From a virus (lineage: Duplodnaviria > Caudoviricetes), in IMG/VR virus record IMGVR_UViG_3300044513_003743, positions 1 to 31,257 of that record: 31,257 nt of DNA, one strand, 5' to 3'. The position numbers were made by a program, and so were the translations under genes. The notes below the pieces were generated by a model, which was given only the letters and a program-made list of their open reading frames with translations, was not told the DNA's origin and ran no database searches. Below, in pieces: positions 10,241-19,838 of this stretch (position 1 is the stretch's first letter; the number at the start of each line of letters is the position of its first letter).

Positions 10241-10780
10241 ATGGCATTTTGGTCACAAAACGATGTAGAACCTAAAAGAAACTTTAGATTTCAGGTTCAA
10301 ATTACAAACTTAGCAGATGGAAACGACGTTCTCTGGTGGGCTAAGACAGTTACAACTCCAGCTTTTGATGTTGCGGAAGTTACTCATGACCACCTAGACA
10401 ACAAATATAAGTTTCCTGGGCGTGTTACATGGCAAGACGTTTCCTTAACCCTTGTTGACCCTATTTCTGTTGATGCAGTAAGTTTAACTAATGAATTGGT
10501 TATCAACTCAGGATACGCTGTTCCTGCTGGATATAATACTAATCTTAAAACTATTTCCAAGAGAAAAGCTGTTGCTAGTATCGGAGATGTGGTCATCTCT
10601 ATTATGAATGCAGATGGTGCACCAATTGAAGTTTGGACTCTTAAAAATCCATTTATCAAGTCAGCTAAATATGGAGACCTTGCATATGATAACGATGAAC
10701 TTAGAACAGTTGATATTACATTAGCATATGATTGGGCTATCTGTGATTCTACTATTGAAAGACAATTTGAAGAAACATAG
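10241..10780 (+). CDS. gp19: Tail tube protein (gp19-like, 179 aa)
   Basis: EPKRNFRF, KFPGRVTWQDVSLT and IEVWTLKNPFIKSAKYGDLAY...ITLAYDWA; follows the sheath gene. Confidence 0.9.
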   Translation: MAFWSQNDVEPKRNFRFQVQITNLADGNDVLWWAKTVTTPAFDVAEVTHDHLDNKYKFPGRVTWQDVSLTLVDPISVDAVSLTNELVINSGYAVPAGYNTNLKTISKRKAVASIGDVVISIMNADGAPIEVWTLKNPFIKSAKYGDLAYDNDELRTVDITLAYDWAICDSTIERQFEET

Positions 10781-10788
10781 GAGCATAA

Positions 10789-11268
10789 ATGGCTTTTTGG
10801 TCTCAAAAAACTCTTGAACCACTACGCAAGTTTCGTTTCCAAATACAAATTGGAAGCGGCAAAGATGATATAATGTGGTATGCTAAGACTGTCACACAGC
10901 CATCTCCAGACGTTTCGGTATCTGAACATCAACTTATCAACCATAAAATAAAGTATCCCGGTATTGTTACTTGGAATGATATTGATATTACATTTGTTGA
11001 TGTTGGTAAGAAAGGATTAGAGTATTTTAATGAACTTGTTAGTGTCGGTTATAGTCGTTCCGGAAACAATGATGGTATAAGAAAAAACCAGTATGACGCT
11101 AGCGTTTTCAATATTCAGAAACTAAATGCAGAAGGTGAAGTCATCGAAACATGGGACTTAATTAACCCATTCATCAAGTCAATAAAATACGGAGACCTTG
11201 ATTACTCCTCAGATGAATTACTTGAAATAACAATCACAGTTGCGTATGACTCAGCAACACTAACTTAA
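10789..11268 (+). CDS. Second tail-tube-family protein (159 aa)
   Basis: Paralogue of the upstream gene: MAFWSQ..EP.R.FRFQ, KYPGIVTW, ETWDLINPFIKSIKYGDLDY, ITVAYD. Confidence 0.85.
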   Translation: MAFWSQKTLEPLRKFRFQIQIGSGKDDIMWYAKTVTQPSPDVSVSEHQLINHKIKYPGIVTWNDIDITFVDVGKKGLEYFNELVSVGYSRSGNNDGIRKNQYDASVFNIQKLNAEGEVIETWDLINPFIKSIKYGDLDYSSDELLEITITVAYDSATLT

Positions 11269-11277
11269 GAGGTATAA

Positions 11278-12129
11278 ATGAGCAGAAATAAAGATAGACT
11301 TGGAGGACACACTCCAGAGCCAGCAGAGGCACCACAACAACCGGTAGAAAAAGCTTTTGACCCATTAAGCTTTGTCGCACCAACAGAATTCGTTGAGCTA
11401 CCATCAAAAGGAAACTACCCAGAAGGACATGCACTTCACGGCAAAGAAGTCCTTGAAATGAGATTCATGACGGCAAAAGAGGAAGACATTCTATCTTCTC
11501 AAACACTTCTCAAGAAGGGGCTTGCTATTGAACGCATGCTTGACTCTCTCATCATTGATAAGTCCATTAAGGCACAAGACCTTTTGATTGGAGACAGAAA
11601 TGCTCTTATTATTGCCGCTCGCATCTCAGGATATGGAGCAAACTATAAAACACAAATTGGTTGCCCATCTTGTGGAACCAGAACTCAGTTTGACTTTGAC
11701 TTGACACAACAGCATGTACATGAGTCTCAAGAGAATGAAAAGCTTAACCTCAAGAAACTTCCAAACGGAAACTTCACAACCAAGATGCCATATTCCGGCT
11801 TCAATATTGAGTTTCGACTTCTTGATGGAAGAGACGAGCAGTTCTTAACCAAACTTGCAACAGACAAAAAGAAACGCAAAATGGCCGATACAATGTTGAC
11901 AGATCAGTTTAAACAAATGATCGTTTCAATCGAAGGTCACAGCGATAGACAAATTATAGCAAGATATGTCGATAATATGCCAACTTTAGACTCTACACAG
12001 CTTCGTGGATGTTATAAGGTGGCTTCACCCGATGTTAAAGTTACGAGCGCTTTTGAGTGTAATTCTTGTGGATATTCGCAAGAAATGGAGGTGCCGTTTA
12101 ATACGGACTTTTTTTGGCCTGACCGATAA
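11278..12129 (+). CDS. Baseplate hub / tail assembly chaperone (T4 gp26-like, 283 aa)
   Basis: VELPSKG.YP, MTAKEEDIL, L.GDRNALIIAARISGYG, two CxxC motifs, ends DFFWP; lies between tube and tape measure genes. Confidence 0.8.
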   Translation: MSRNKDRLGGHTPEPAEAPQQPVEKAFDPLSFVAPTEFVELPSKGNYPEGHALHGKEVLEMRFMTAKEEDILSSQTLLKKGLAIERMLDSLIIDKSIKAQDLLIGDRNALIIAARISGYGANYKTQIGCPSCGTRTQFDFDLTQQHVHESQENEKLNLKKLPNGNFTTKMPYSGFNIEFRLLDGRDEQFLTKLATDKKKRKMADTMLTDQFKQMIVSIEGHSDRQIIARYVDNMPTLDSTQLRGCYKVASPDVKVTSAFECNSCGYSQEMEVPFNTDFFWPDR

Positions 12130-12304
12130 ATATTCTGAAGCCTTATATGAGCAAATATTCATCATGAAGCATTTTGGTGGATGGTCATTTACTGAGATAT
12201 ATAACCTTCCAATTGGACTTCGAAACTGGTTCTGCGAGAGAATGAGAAAACAGTTTGAAGACGAGAAGAAGGAAATGGAAAAAGCCTCAAAGAAAAGAAG
12301 TTGA
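12116..12304 (+). CDS. gp51-like chaperone extension, probably reached by +1 frameshift at GAC TTT TTT TGG (12106-12117)
   Basis: The +1 frame reads FFGLTDKYSEALYEQIFIMKHFGGWSFTEIYNLPIGLRNWF, resembling gp51-type proteins. There is no RBS-supported start, and the reading frame ends at a terminator. Confidence 0.7.
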   Translation, partial: GLTDKYSEALYEQIFIMKHFGGWSFTEIYNLPIGLRNWFCERMRKQFEDEKKEMEKASKKRS

Positions 12305-12326
12305 TGCCCTTTCAGGGCATTTTTTT
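12303..12326 (+). terminator. Rho-independent terminator
   Basis: ATGCCCT-TTC-AGGGCAT hairpin followed by T6. Confidence 0.8.
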
Positions 12327-12332
12327 ATGGAA

Positions 12333-12340
12333 ACTATTTA
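12333..12340 (+). promoter_or_regulatory. Candidate late promoter motif ACTATTTA
   Basis: Immediately after a terminator and 18 nt before the ATG at 12359. Confidence 0.65.
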
Positions 12341-12358
12341 TGTTAAGGAGAATTTTGT

Positions 12359-12706
12359 ATGCTTGTTATTGATTTGGAAAGAGCGAAAAGAACGCTCAAT
12401 GAGACAGAAGCCGAGGCCATTGGGTGGTGGACAAAGCAGTTGCTCAAGTTTATGTATGGAGATGACGTTAAGATGATTGCGAATCTTAATGAACAGAACT
12501 CTTCGAAGTTCACCATCAAAGGACAATATAAAGATGTGAAAGCATATTCAAGAGCCGTTGTTGCTCAGAAAGAGTTTCTTGATGCATATGTTGAGTTTGG
12601 CACAGACCATCCTCAAACAGCAAAAAGGCGAGCGGAGTTGAGAGGCAGCGTGCAGCATTTTGAGAGTGTGACCGGTCTGCAATGGCCGTTCAGAGACGAG
12701 GACTAA
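12359..12706 (+). CDS. Hypothetical late protein (115 aa)
   Basis: AAGGAG RBS, upstream late motif, tight packing with the tape measure gene. Confidence 0.75.
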   Translation: MLVIDLERAKRTLNETEAEAIGWWTKQLLKFMYGDDVKMIANLNEQNSSKFTIKGQYKDVKAYSRAVVAQKEFLDAYVEFGTDHPQTAKRRAELRGSVQHFESVTGLQWPFRDED

Positions 12707-12710
12707 ATGA

Positions 12711-14885
12711 ATGGCAGAAGAGAATAACAATGAGATAAAAGAACTCATTAAGAAGATTAAAAATCTTGGAAAGGAAGACCTCAAAGAACTTCAAGAGGCT
12801 CTCAAACTAACAAACGAAGAGTTTGAGAAAATGACTAGTAATAGCAAGTTGTTAGAGAAGGCTTTGATAGATGCCGGTATACAATATGCTGGGCTGGCGG
12901 ATGCTGCTGAAGGTGCGAAAAGAGCCATAGAAGATATGAAAAGGGCAGAGATAGATATGATAGCTATCAATCTAGATGTTGCCAAAGCTACAAATGATTA
13001 TATAGCTGAAGTTGAAGCTGGAGCAAAGGCTTATGAAGAATTTCAAAAACTACAAAAAAAGTCCTTCAATTCAGCAGAAGATTTGAAGGCTGCTGAAGAA
13101 GAACTTAAAAAGAGATATGGACTCTCAAAAGCAGAGGCTGCTGAATATTATGCCACTCTAAATACCAAGCTAACCCCAGCTTTCAAAGAAGGAGCCAAGG
13201 CCGGAGAAAGCTTTGCAAGAAACCTCGGCACAGCATCAAAACTTCTTTCTAATAGAGCAATGGCACTGTATGAAGGTTTTCTTAAATTCTCCAAAATTGC
13301 TAGCAAACCAGACGGTATTCAAGGTGTTGCAAAAGGGATGCAGAAGATTATCAACCCGACAAACCTTGCTCTTGGTGCTTTTGCTCTTATAACGGAACAG
13401 ACTCTCAAGTATGCCATGGCTGTTGACACCGCAACTGCAGCATTTGCAAAACAAACAGGTGCAGGTCGTGCTTTAACAGCCGAGATTATGGCTGTTGGTG
13501 GTCAGTTTAGAAACCTTGGTCTTGGAGCAGAAGATGCGGGTAAGGCAGCAGGAACATTATTTGATAACTTCACAGGCTTTATGCAGATATCAAGAGCAGG
13601 AAGACAAGATCTAATGCAAACCGTTGCTTCATTAGAGAAACTCGGAGTCTCCGGAGATACAGCAGCCAATGCATTACAGATAATGTCAAACAACTTTGGA
13701 ATGTCAACCAAACAAGCCTCGAAAATGACAAAGCAACTTTCTATTGCTGGTTCAAAGATTGGTATCTCGGCATCAAAAATGATGAATGGTTTTGTTGAAG
13801 CTTCCAAATCTCTTGCTGTATATGGTAAAGATTCAATCAAGGTATTCACAGACCTTGCTGCTCAAGCAAAGGCTGCTGGTGTTGAAGCAAATGCTCTATT
13901 AGGTATAGCCAAGCAGTTTGATACATTCTCAGGGGCAGCAGATGCGGCCGGTAAGTTAAACTCAATCTTGGGCGCTCAAATGTCGGCAACCGAACTCTTG
14001 ACAATGAAAGAAAATGAACGTATTGAGACTCTCATTCGTTCTGTTCAAGCTCAAGGTATGGCTTTTAGTGATATGGATAAATATTCTCAAATGGCTGTAG
14101 CAAATGCTGCCGGTATTTCGGATATGGCCGAAGCGCAACGTATCTTTGGAATGAACGTTAACCAATATAGACAAGGTTTAAAGAATGCAGAGGCGGAAGA
14201 AGAGTTCAATAAGAGGCTCAAAGATGCTATGACTGTTATGGAGAAACTTGCGAAAGTAGCTCAAAACTTTGCTATTCAAATTGCTCCTTTGGTTAACTTC
14301 TTGGCTGATATTGCTCAGGGTATATTAGATTGGAGTCAAAGTATGAATGGTCTTCCGGCAATGTTGCTGGCTGCTGGTGCTGCTTTGTTTTTAGTTGTAA
14401 AACTATTTCCTCTATTTGCCGGCTTGATAGGTGGTATGACTGCTGCTTTGCCAGCTTTCTTACCAGTGCTTGGATCTCTTGCTCTTGGTATTGGGGCTGT
14501 ATTTACGGCAATTGCTGTGGGCTCTGCTATGATGAACACCGAAGCATTGACTGCTCTTGGAAACATTCTATCTGGCTTGTTTGGAGGCGGAGGAGGAGAG
14601 GTCAATATGACGGCAAGAGTCAACACAATTGGGGAAGCAGTTGATTTCGCTGATGGTCTTGCTGATAGAGAAGCTACCCTCAAACCAATGCTCGGAGACC
14701 TCGCTCTCATAGCAACAGGAAAGACAACACAAAGCGTTACAACAAGCGCTGTTGATTATAGCCTCAATACATTTGCTGCTAAGTTTGAGAACACATTCAA
14801 ACCCAATGTAACAGTAAAAATAGGAAACGAAGAATTCAAAGACTTCGTCATAGAAGCACAAGAAAAAGGAAGCATGATGTCATGA
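12711..14885 (+). CDS. Tape measure protein (724 aa)
   Basis: Ala/Lys/Gly-rich helical sequence with a hydrophobic stretch near the C-terminus; lies between the chaperones and the baseplate genes. Confidence 0.85.
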   Translation: MAEENNNEIKELIKKIKNLGKEDLKELQEALKLTNEEFEKMTSNSKLLEKALIDAGIQYAGLADAAEGAKRAIEDMKRAEIDMIAINLDVAKATNDYIAEVEAGAKAYEEFQKLQKKSFNSAEDLKAAEEELKKRYGLSKAEAAEYYATLNTKLTPAFKEGAKAGESFARNLGTASKLLSNRAMALYEGFLKFSKIASKPDGIQGVAKGMQKIINPTNLALGAFALITEQTLKYAMAVDTATAAFAKQTGAGRALTAEIMAVGGQFRNLGLGAEDAGKAAGTLFDNFTGFMQISRAGRQDLMQTVASLEKLGVSGDTAANALQIMSNNFGMSTKQASKMTKQLSIAGSKIGISASKMMNGFVEASKSLAVYGKDSIKVFTDLAAQAKAAGVEANALLGIAKQFDTFSGAADAAGKLNSILGAQMSATELLTMKENERIETLIRSVQAQGMAFSDMDKYSQMAVANAAGISDMAEAQRIFGMNVNQYRQGLKNAEAEEEFNKRLKDAMTVMEKLAKVAQNFAIQIAPLVNFLADIAQGILDWSQSMNGLPAMLLAAGAALFLVVKLFPLFAGLIGGMTAALPAFLPVLGSLALGIGAVFTAIAVGSAMMNTEALTALGNILSGLFGGGGGEVNMTARVNTIGEAVDFADGLADREATLKPMLGDLALIATGKTTQSVTTSAVDYSLNTFAAKFENTFKPNVTVKIGNEEFKDFVIEAQEKGSMMS

Positions 14886-15592
14886 GCATACCATATAAAA
14901 ACTTATCAGATAACAAAACAATACAAGGCTACGTCAATGCGACAGATGCCCAACTTAAGATAATGAGTGTTCCAACTCAACGACAAATTTGGTTTCCGGC
15001 TTTCTTAACAGACTTCTCACAAACGTTTGATGCAACTTGGAACACCGAAGATGTATTTGGTAGAATGGACCCCATCGCAACATATCAAGGAACCAAAAGA
15101 ACAATGTCGCTTGGTTTTGACTTGCCGGCTGGCTCTTTGCAAGAAGCAAAAGACAATCTTGAGGGTTGTTCTGAATTGGTCAAGATGGTATATCCGATAT
15201 ACTCTAGCAAGTCTATAGGTAAAGTAACAAACGATCCTAATACTATACAAAATAATGCTCAAAAAATACTTGAACGCAATCCTGGTGCTTTTTTATCAGA
15301 CGATAGAAGCGGAGGGACCGTCGATATTCTAAAGCACACTGATAGCACAGTTCTTTCTAAACCACCTCTTGTTAGAATTAAGTTTGCAAACCTGATATCT
15401 GGTGTTGATTCAAATGGTCTTCTTGGTTGGATATCCGGTCTATCTTGGAAGCCGAATTTAGAAATGGGTATGTTCACGAGTAATAATGAGTTATATCCTA
15501 AAATCATCGGCATGTCTTTCTCATTCAACATTCTTCATGAAGAGACACTAAATCAAGAAGCAATAGGTTCATTCCCATTTGGAGGTAAGTAA
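14882..15592 (+). CDS. Baseplate tube-initiator-like protein (236 aa)
   Basis: FPAFLTDFSQTF.A.W....VFGRMDPIATYQGTKRTMSLGF and PPLVRIKFANLI resemble tube-fold baseplate proteins of contractile systems; ATGA overlap with the tape measure gene. Confidence 0.6.
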   Translation: MSIPYKNLSDNKTIQGYVNATDAQLKIMSVPTQRQIWFPAFLTDFSQTFDATWNTEDVFGRMDPIATYQGTKRTMSLGFDLPAGSLQEAKDNLEGCSELVKMVYPIYSSKSIGKVTNDPNTIQNNAQKILERNPGAFLSDDRSGGTVDILKHTDSTVLSKPPLVRIKFANLISGVDSNGLLGWISGLSWKPNLEMGMFTSNNELYPKIIGMSFSFNILHEETLNQEAIGSFPFGGK

Positions 15593-15924
15593 TGTCAAGA
15601 TATATAGATAGAAGAAAAGCGCTCAACGACAAAGAGCAATACGATAAACTATTTGAAAAGAGAGGCGTTCGTCAAGTTATACAATACCGTTCGCCATCAG
15701 CAAAATACGTATCAGATGAAGAATTAGCTAACATTGAATGCCATAACGTTTCTTGGTATTCTGGTCTTTCATTTGAAAAACTTGCTTCCGAATTCTATGG
15801 AGACCCAACACACTGGTGGGTTATAGCTGGGTTCAATAGAAAACCAACCGAATCTCATATTGAGATGGGAGAGGTTATAAGGGTTCCAAAGTCACTGGCT
15901 GATGCTCTGCAGGTGGTGCAATAA
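15592..15924 (+). CDS. LysM-like baseplate wedge protein (gp53/tail X-like, 110 aa)
   Basis: LASEFYGDPTHWWVIAGFN..P.E..I..GEVIRVP signature. Confidence 0.8.
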   Translation: MSRYIDRRKALNDKEQYDKLFEKRGVRQVIQYRSPSAKYVSDEELANIECHNVSWYSGLSFEKLASEFYGDPTHWWVIAGFNRKPTESHIEMGEVIRVPKSLADALQVVQ

Positions 15925-18900
15925 TGGGTGATTTATTAAAAGATTCCGGTGCAGAAGATAAATTAGATTCTGGGCAGGGCTCAGTTGCTGCTGTTAGTTT
16001 TTATGGTAAATATTCTGATACTGGTCCTTTGACTCTCACCACTTATCGCGACTATGATTGGGATGAAGAAGACATAGAATTTGCTAGCAAAATATTTGAT
16101 TTTCTTGGTTCCCCAGCAAGTATTCAAGAACCTCCAGTTGGATGGGTAGATATTGCCGCTCATATGTTTGCCGATTTTGATGCTAGTGGTGGGATGATAT
16201 CATATTTCAAAAAAGAAAACCCCAGTACTTCGGCCGCAGTCATACAAGGGTTTGTAAAGTACGCTGGTCATTGGTTAGAACTACAAGAAAAAGGCGGGGA
16301 CTATAAGAATGAATACGGCTTAGATGAAGTAGAAAAGATAACAAAAATAATTCAAAAGACATTTTATTATTATGAAAGCCAGAATGTCTTATTACCTCAA
16401 GTAAGGTCATCATTAAGACAATTTTCTTTTGTTAATTTTAAAATATCTTTATCAAATAAAATAAATGAATGGCTTGAGAGTACTCCTGCTGGTCCTGAAA
16501 TTGGGGAACTTTGGGTTGTAAAAAAAGCCTTTAACCAACAAGGTGCTGCTGACTATAATTTTTTTAGATCTGTCGATAGTGATACTTCAAAGGCTCCTAG
16601 TTTTGTAGGAGACGATTTCAGCCTATCCGATCAGCAACTTAAACAACTTAAAGATTTGGGTTTTTTTGATAGCAAAACTTTTTATATAAAATATATACCG
16701 AACAATGACCAAGAACAAAATGACATTAGAGCGAACGAAAATCTTGAAGCAACAGATGCAGCAAAATTTGAAACCTCTAGGTGGCTTTCTTTTGGAGAAG
16801 ATGAAAAATTTCAAAATTTTGTTAGACAAGCATATTGGGGTATTGGAAAAACTTTACTAAGAACTCACGCAAATGTATTATCTGATAATTCGGTTCTTGG
16901 TTTATCACTAGAGAATATAAAAGTAAGATTTAATAGTGATATAGAATCTTGGGTTAATAAAGATAATAGGGATACTGGACTTGTAGAAGGTGCTTTAGAT
17001 AAAGGTCAAATAGGATATCGTTTTGCGCAATATGTTCTCAACAATATTAGAGCTAATGCCTTAGTTCAGTTTCTAAAAGCTTATAAAGATACCTCAGATG
17101 CACTATCAGACAAAGAAGCTCAAGAAGCATTTAAAAAAGCCGAAGAAGCCGCTAAAAATAATGAAGAAATCACAGGTAAAGATACAGATTCTTCAGAATT
17201 ATCAAAAGAAGATATCAAATCAAAACAAAAATTCCTAAAACAATGTCTCTTGATGAGTCGCTTGAAAGATATGCAAGATATAAATCTCACTGATATTGCT
17301 AGCAAAACAGAAGGAACTATTCATGAGACAGTTCCATATAAAGGTAGATTATATCTAATCGACGAGAAAGATAAAAATAAAGACAAGTCCGCAATCATTA
17401 ACAAATTATTGATACCAAACATTTCAAGTATCAAGCCATTCGTCAATATAACTCCAGCAGAACATGCAAGTCTTGTTCCAAAGATAAGGTTAGTTAAAGT
17501 ATACACGGAGGACGGAGAGCTTAAAGAGCATGAATTCAAGTTTCCAAAACACACAGATTCAAATAGGATAAACAACCTATTCACAACAGACTTCGATAGA
17601 GGTTCAGACTTCGGTGTCAAAGAGTTTTCATTCTCATTTGATGGCTCAACATTTGCTACAGCAAAAAATGATATCACAGCTACACTCAAGCTATATTTCC
17701 AATCTTTTAATGACTTTATCAAAGATCATCCAATGAATGATGGACACAGATATGTTGACCTCCTTATATTACCAAGTAAAAAAGATGGAACACCAAGCGG
17801 TGAAAAAATAGGATCAGGTAAAACCTCGCCCTTGCAGTTTGACCCATCATATTATCGTATCCGCGCTGATGTTGGATGGGAAGCAGATTCTGCTCCTGCT
17901 CATATTAGACCTGCTATCAAAAAAATAAATAAAACTTTTTATCTCAATATGATCGACCACGAGATTGATATTCGTGATGATGGTTCGGTTGAGATATCGG
18001 TATCATATAGAGCATATATTGAAACAGCATTAAAAGGAACAACTCTTGATGCGTTAGCCTCCAGAGAAGCACGAGCAGCATTAGCACAAGTAAGAGAACA
18101 ATATCAAACAGTCTTAAACTCTGCTGCCTGTACTCTTGAACAGTTAACAACCATCAGAGCGCAGTTTTTGCAAATAGAAGAGAACCTTAGAAGAAATGCT
18201 TTTCAATCCATTATTGCAAGGCTTGTAAAATACGGACTCTTAAAACACGTCACTGTTGATAGTTCTGCTGCTGAATCTTTTAGAAGAACCGGTTTTATCT
18301 CTTCTCCTGCTGTGTTTACTGGTGAGAATGTTACTTCAGGAGATCCAGCTAAAGAAAAATCAAACCCTAAAGATTTTACTCTCAAACAGAACCAATTCAA
18401 AGACGTAACTCTTTCAAACAGTGATTCAGACTTATTCATAAACTATTTCTTCTTGGCTGACCTGCTATATGTTATTCTTGATTGTCTATATGACCCTGCT
18501 GATGAAAGCAAAAAACAAAATGAAGCTTATATCAAAGGAACAGAAAACTTTAAGTTTTTAATGTCTTCGTTCCAGTATATGGATATATTCAATAATTCAA
18601 CAACAGAAAGTATCAATATTGGCAACATTCCTATTTCAGTGGAACTGTTCAATGAATGGTTTACGGAAAATGTTATCAAGCCGGAAAGAACTTCATATCC
18701 TGTTATGTATTTTGTAAGAGATATAACGAAATACCTTGTGACTGAGATATTACTTGAGTCTTGCTTCAAAAACGACCTTGACAAAAATTTACAATTTAAG
18801 ACAAATAACTTTTTGGGCAGAAGAAAAAGCGATGAAACAAGAGATCCTATTGGAGCATTGTTGGCTTCACAAGAAGAAAACGTGATGCTAAATGTTACTA

Positions 18901-19829
18901 AACATTACAAGTCCGGGGAGCTACCTTTGGAAGCAGATAATAATGGAGTCTCAACAAGTGTAAAGAATCTATATAACTACATAACCATATATGCCGAAGC
19001 TCCGAGAGGAAGAACAGATAAGGTTGGAAATAAAACAGATGATGAGCTAAATGGTATCATGCACTACCAACTCGGAAGAGATAGAGGTATTCTTAAGAAA
19101 ATTAAGTTCTCAAAGTCCGATATGCAATATGTTAGAGAAGCTCGCTTTTTTAGACATGGACATGATGGTTTAATGCAATTGTCTGCTGTTTATAAAGTTT
19201 CCATGGAGATGGTTGGTAATACATTGTACTATCCGGGTATGGAAGTCTTTATTGACCCTGTTGGCCTAATAGGTGCAGGAGCAGACTTTGATCCCCGAAA
19301 ACAAACTTCAATAGCTAATAAAATGGGTTTTGGTGGTTATCACCTTATAACAGGGGTCAAATCATCAATAGGGCCGGGTAAATTCACAACATCCATTGAA
19401 GCTATGTTCTCATATTCTGGCGATGGAGATCCGAAAAGTAAAATTATTGGATCTAAGGAAGAGATAGCTGTAGATATTATTGATACATCAAAATTAAATG
19501 AGAAACCTCAAGGTCCAAATTCCAAGAAATATTGTGAAGCAATAGAAGAAAAACTCTATGGTCAATCTGCTGCTATTGGATATGGTTATAAAAATGCTTA
19601 TGAACCTATTGATGTTAGACCTAATGATGCTGTAGTACAAGAAACCGGTAAAGAAGTTGAAACATCTCCTACTGTACTTTCACCGGATGAAGTTATCGAA
19701 AAATATTTCTCTAATTCTCCAGTGTCCTACAACGAAACAACCAAAGTATACACAGTAACTGAATTTGAGGGTGGCAACATAAAACAAACAAAGTACAAAA
19801 TTGTAAATGGAACACCACAAGAGATATAG
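15924..19829 (+). CDS. Large baseplate hub-like protein (1301 aa)
   Basis: Follows the LysM-like gene; C-terminal VSMEMVGNTLYYPGMEVFID...GGYHLITGVKSSI..GKFTTSIEA resembles gp27/late-control-D hub domains. Confidence 0.6.
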   Translation: MGDLLKDSGAEDKLDSGQGSVAAVSFYGKYSDTGPLTLTTYRDYDWDEEDIEFASKIFDFLGSPASIQEPPVGWVDIAAHMFADFDASGGMISYFKKENPSTSAAVIQGFVKYAGHWLELQEKGGDYKNEYGLDEVEKITKIIQKTFYYYESQNVLLPQVRSSLRQFSFVNFKISLSNKINEWLESTPAGPEIGELWVVKKAFNQQGAADYNFFRSVDSDTSKAPSFVGDDFSLSDQQLKQLKDLGFFDSKTFYIKYIPNNDQEQNDIRANENLEATDAAKFETSRWLSFGEDEKFQNFVRQAYWGIGKTLLRTHANVLSDNSVLGLSLENIKVRFNSDIESWVNKDNRDTGLVEGALDKGQIGYRFAQYVLNNIRANALVQFLKAYKDTSDALSDKEAQEAFKKAEEAAKNNEEITGKDTDSSELSKEDIKSKQKFLKQCLLMSRLKDMQDINLTDIASKTEGTIHETVPYKGRLYLIDEKDKNKDKSAIINKLLIPNISSIKPFVNITPAEHASLVPKIRLVKVYTEDGELKEHEFKFPKHTDSNRINNLFTTDFDRGSDFGVKEFSFSFDGSTFATAKNDITATLKLYFQSFNDFIKDHPMNDGHRYVDLLILPSKKDGTPSGEKIGSGKTSPLQFDPSYYRIRADVGWEADSAPAHIRPAIKKINKTFYLNMIDHEIDIRDDGSVEISVSYRAYIETALKGTTLDALASREARAALAQVREQYQTVLNSAACTLEQLTTIRAQFLQIEENLRRNAFQSIIARLVKYGLLKHVTVDSSAAESFRRTGFISSPAVFTGENVTSGDPAKEKSNPKDFTLKQNQFKDVTLSNSDSDLFINYFFLADLLYVILDCLYDPADESKKQNEAYIKGTENFKFLMSSFQYMDIFNNSTTESINIGNIPISVELFNEWFTENVIKPERTSYPVMYFVRDITKYLVTEILLESCFKNDLDKNLQFKTNNFLGRRKSDETRDPIGALLASQEENVMLNVTKHYKSGELPLEADNNGVSTSVKNLYNYITIYAEAPRGRTDKVGNKTDDELNGIMHYQLGRDRGILKKIKFSKSDMQYVREARFFRHGHDGLMQLSAVYKVSMEMVGNTLYYPGMEVFIDPVGLIGAGADFDPRKQTSIANKMGFGGYHLITGVKSSIGPGKFTTSIEAMFSYSGDGDPKSKIIGSKEEIAVDIIDTSKLNEKPQGPNSKKYCEAIEEKLYGQSAAIGYGYKNAYEPIDVRPNDAVVQETGKEVETSPTVLSPDEVIEKYFSNSPVSYNETTKVYTVTEFEGGNIKQTKYKIVNGTPQEI

Positions 19830-19838
19830 GGAATTAGT

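Noticed and set aside
7366-19829. Bacterial eCIS/tailocin locus
   Set aside because: Capsid, neck and a full replication module are present, so this is a phage.
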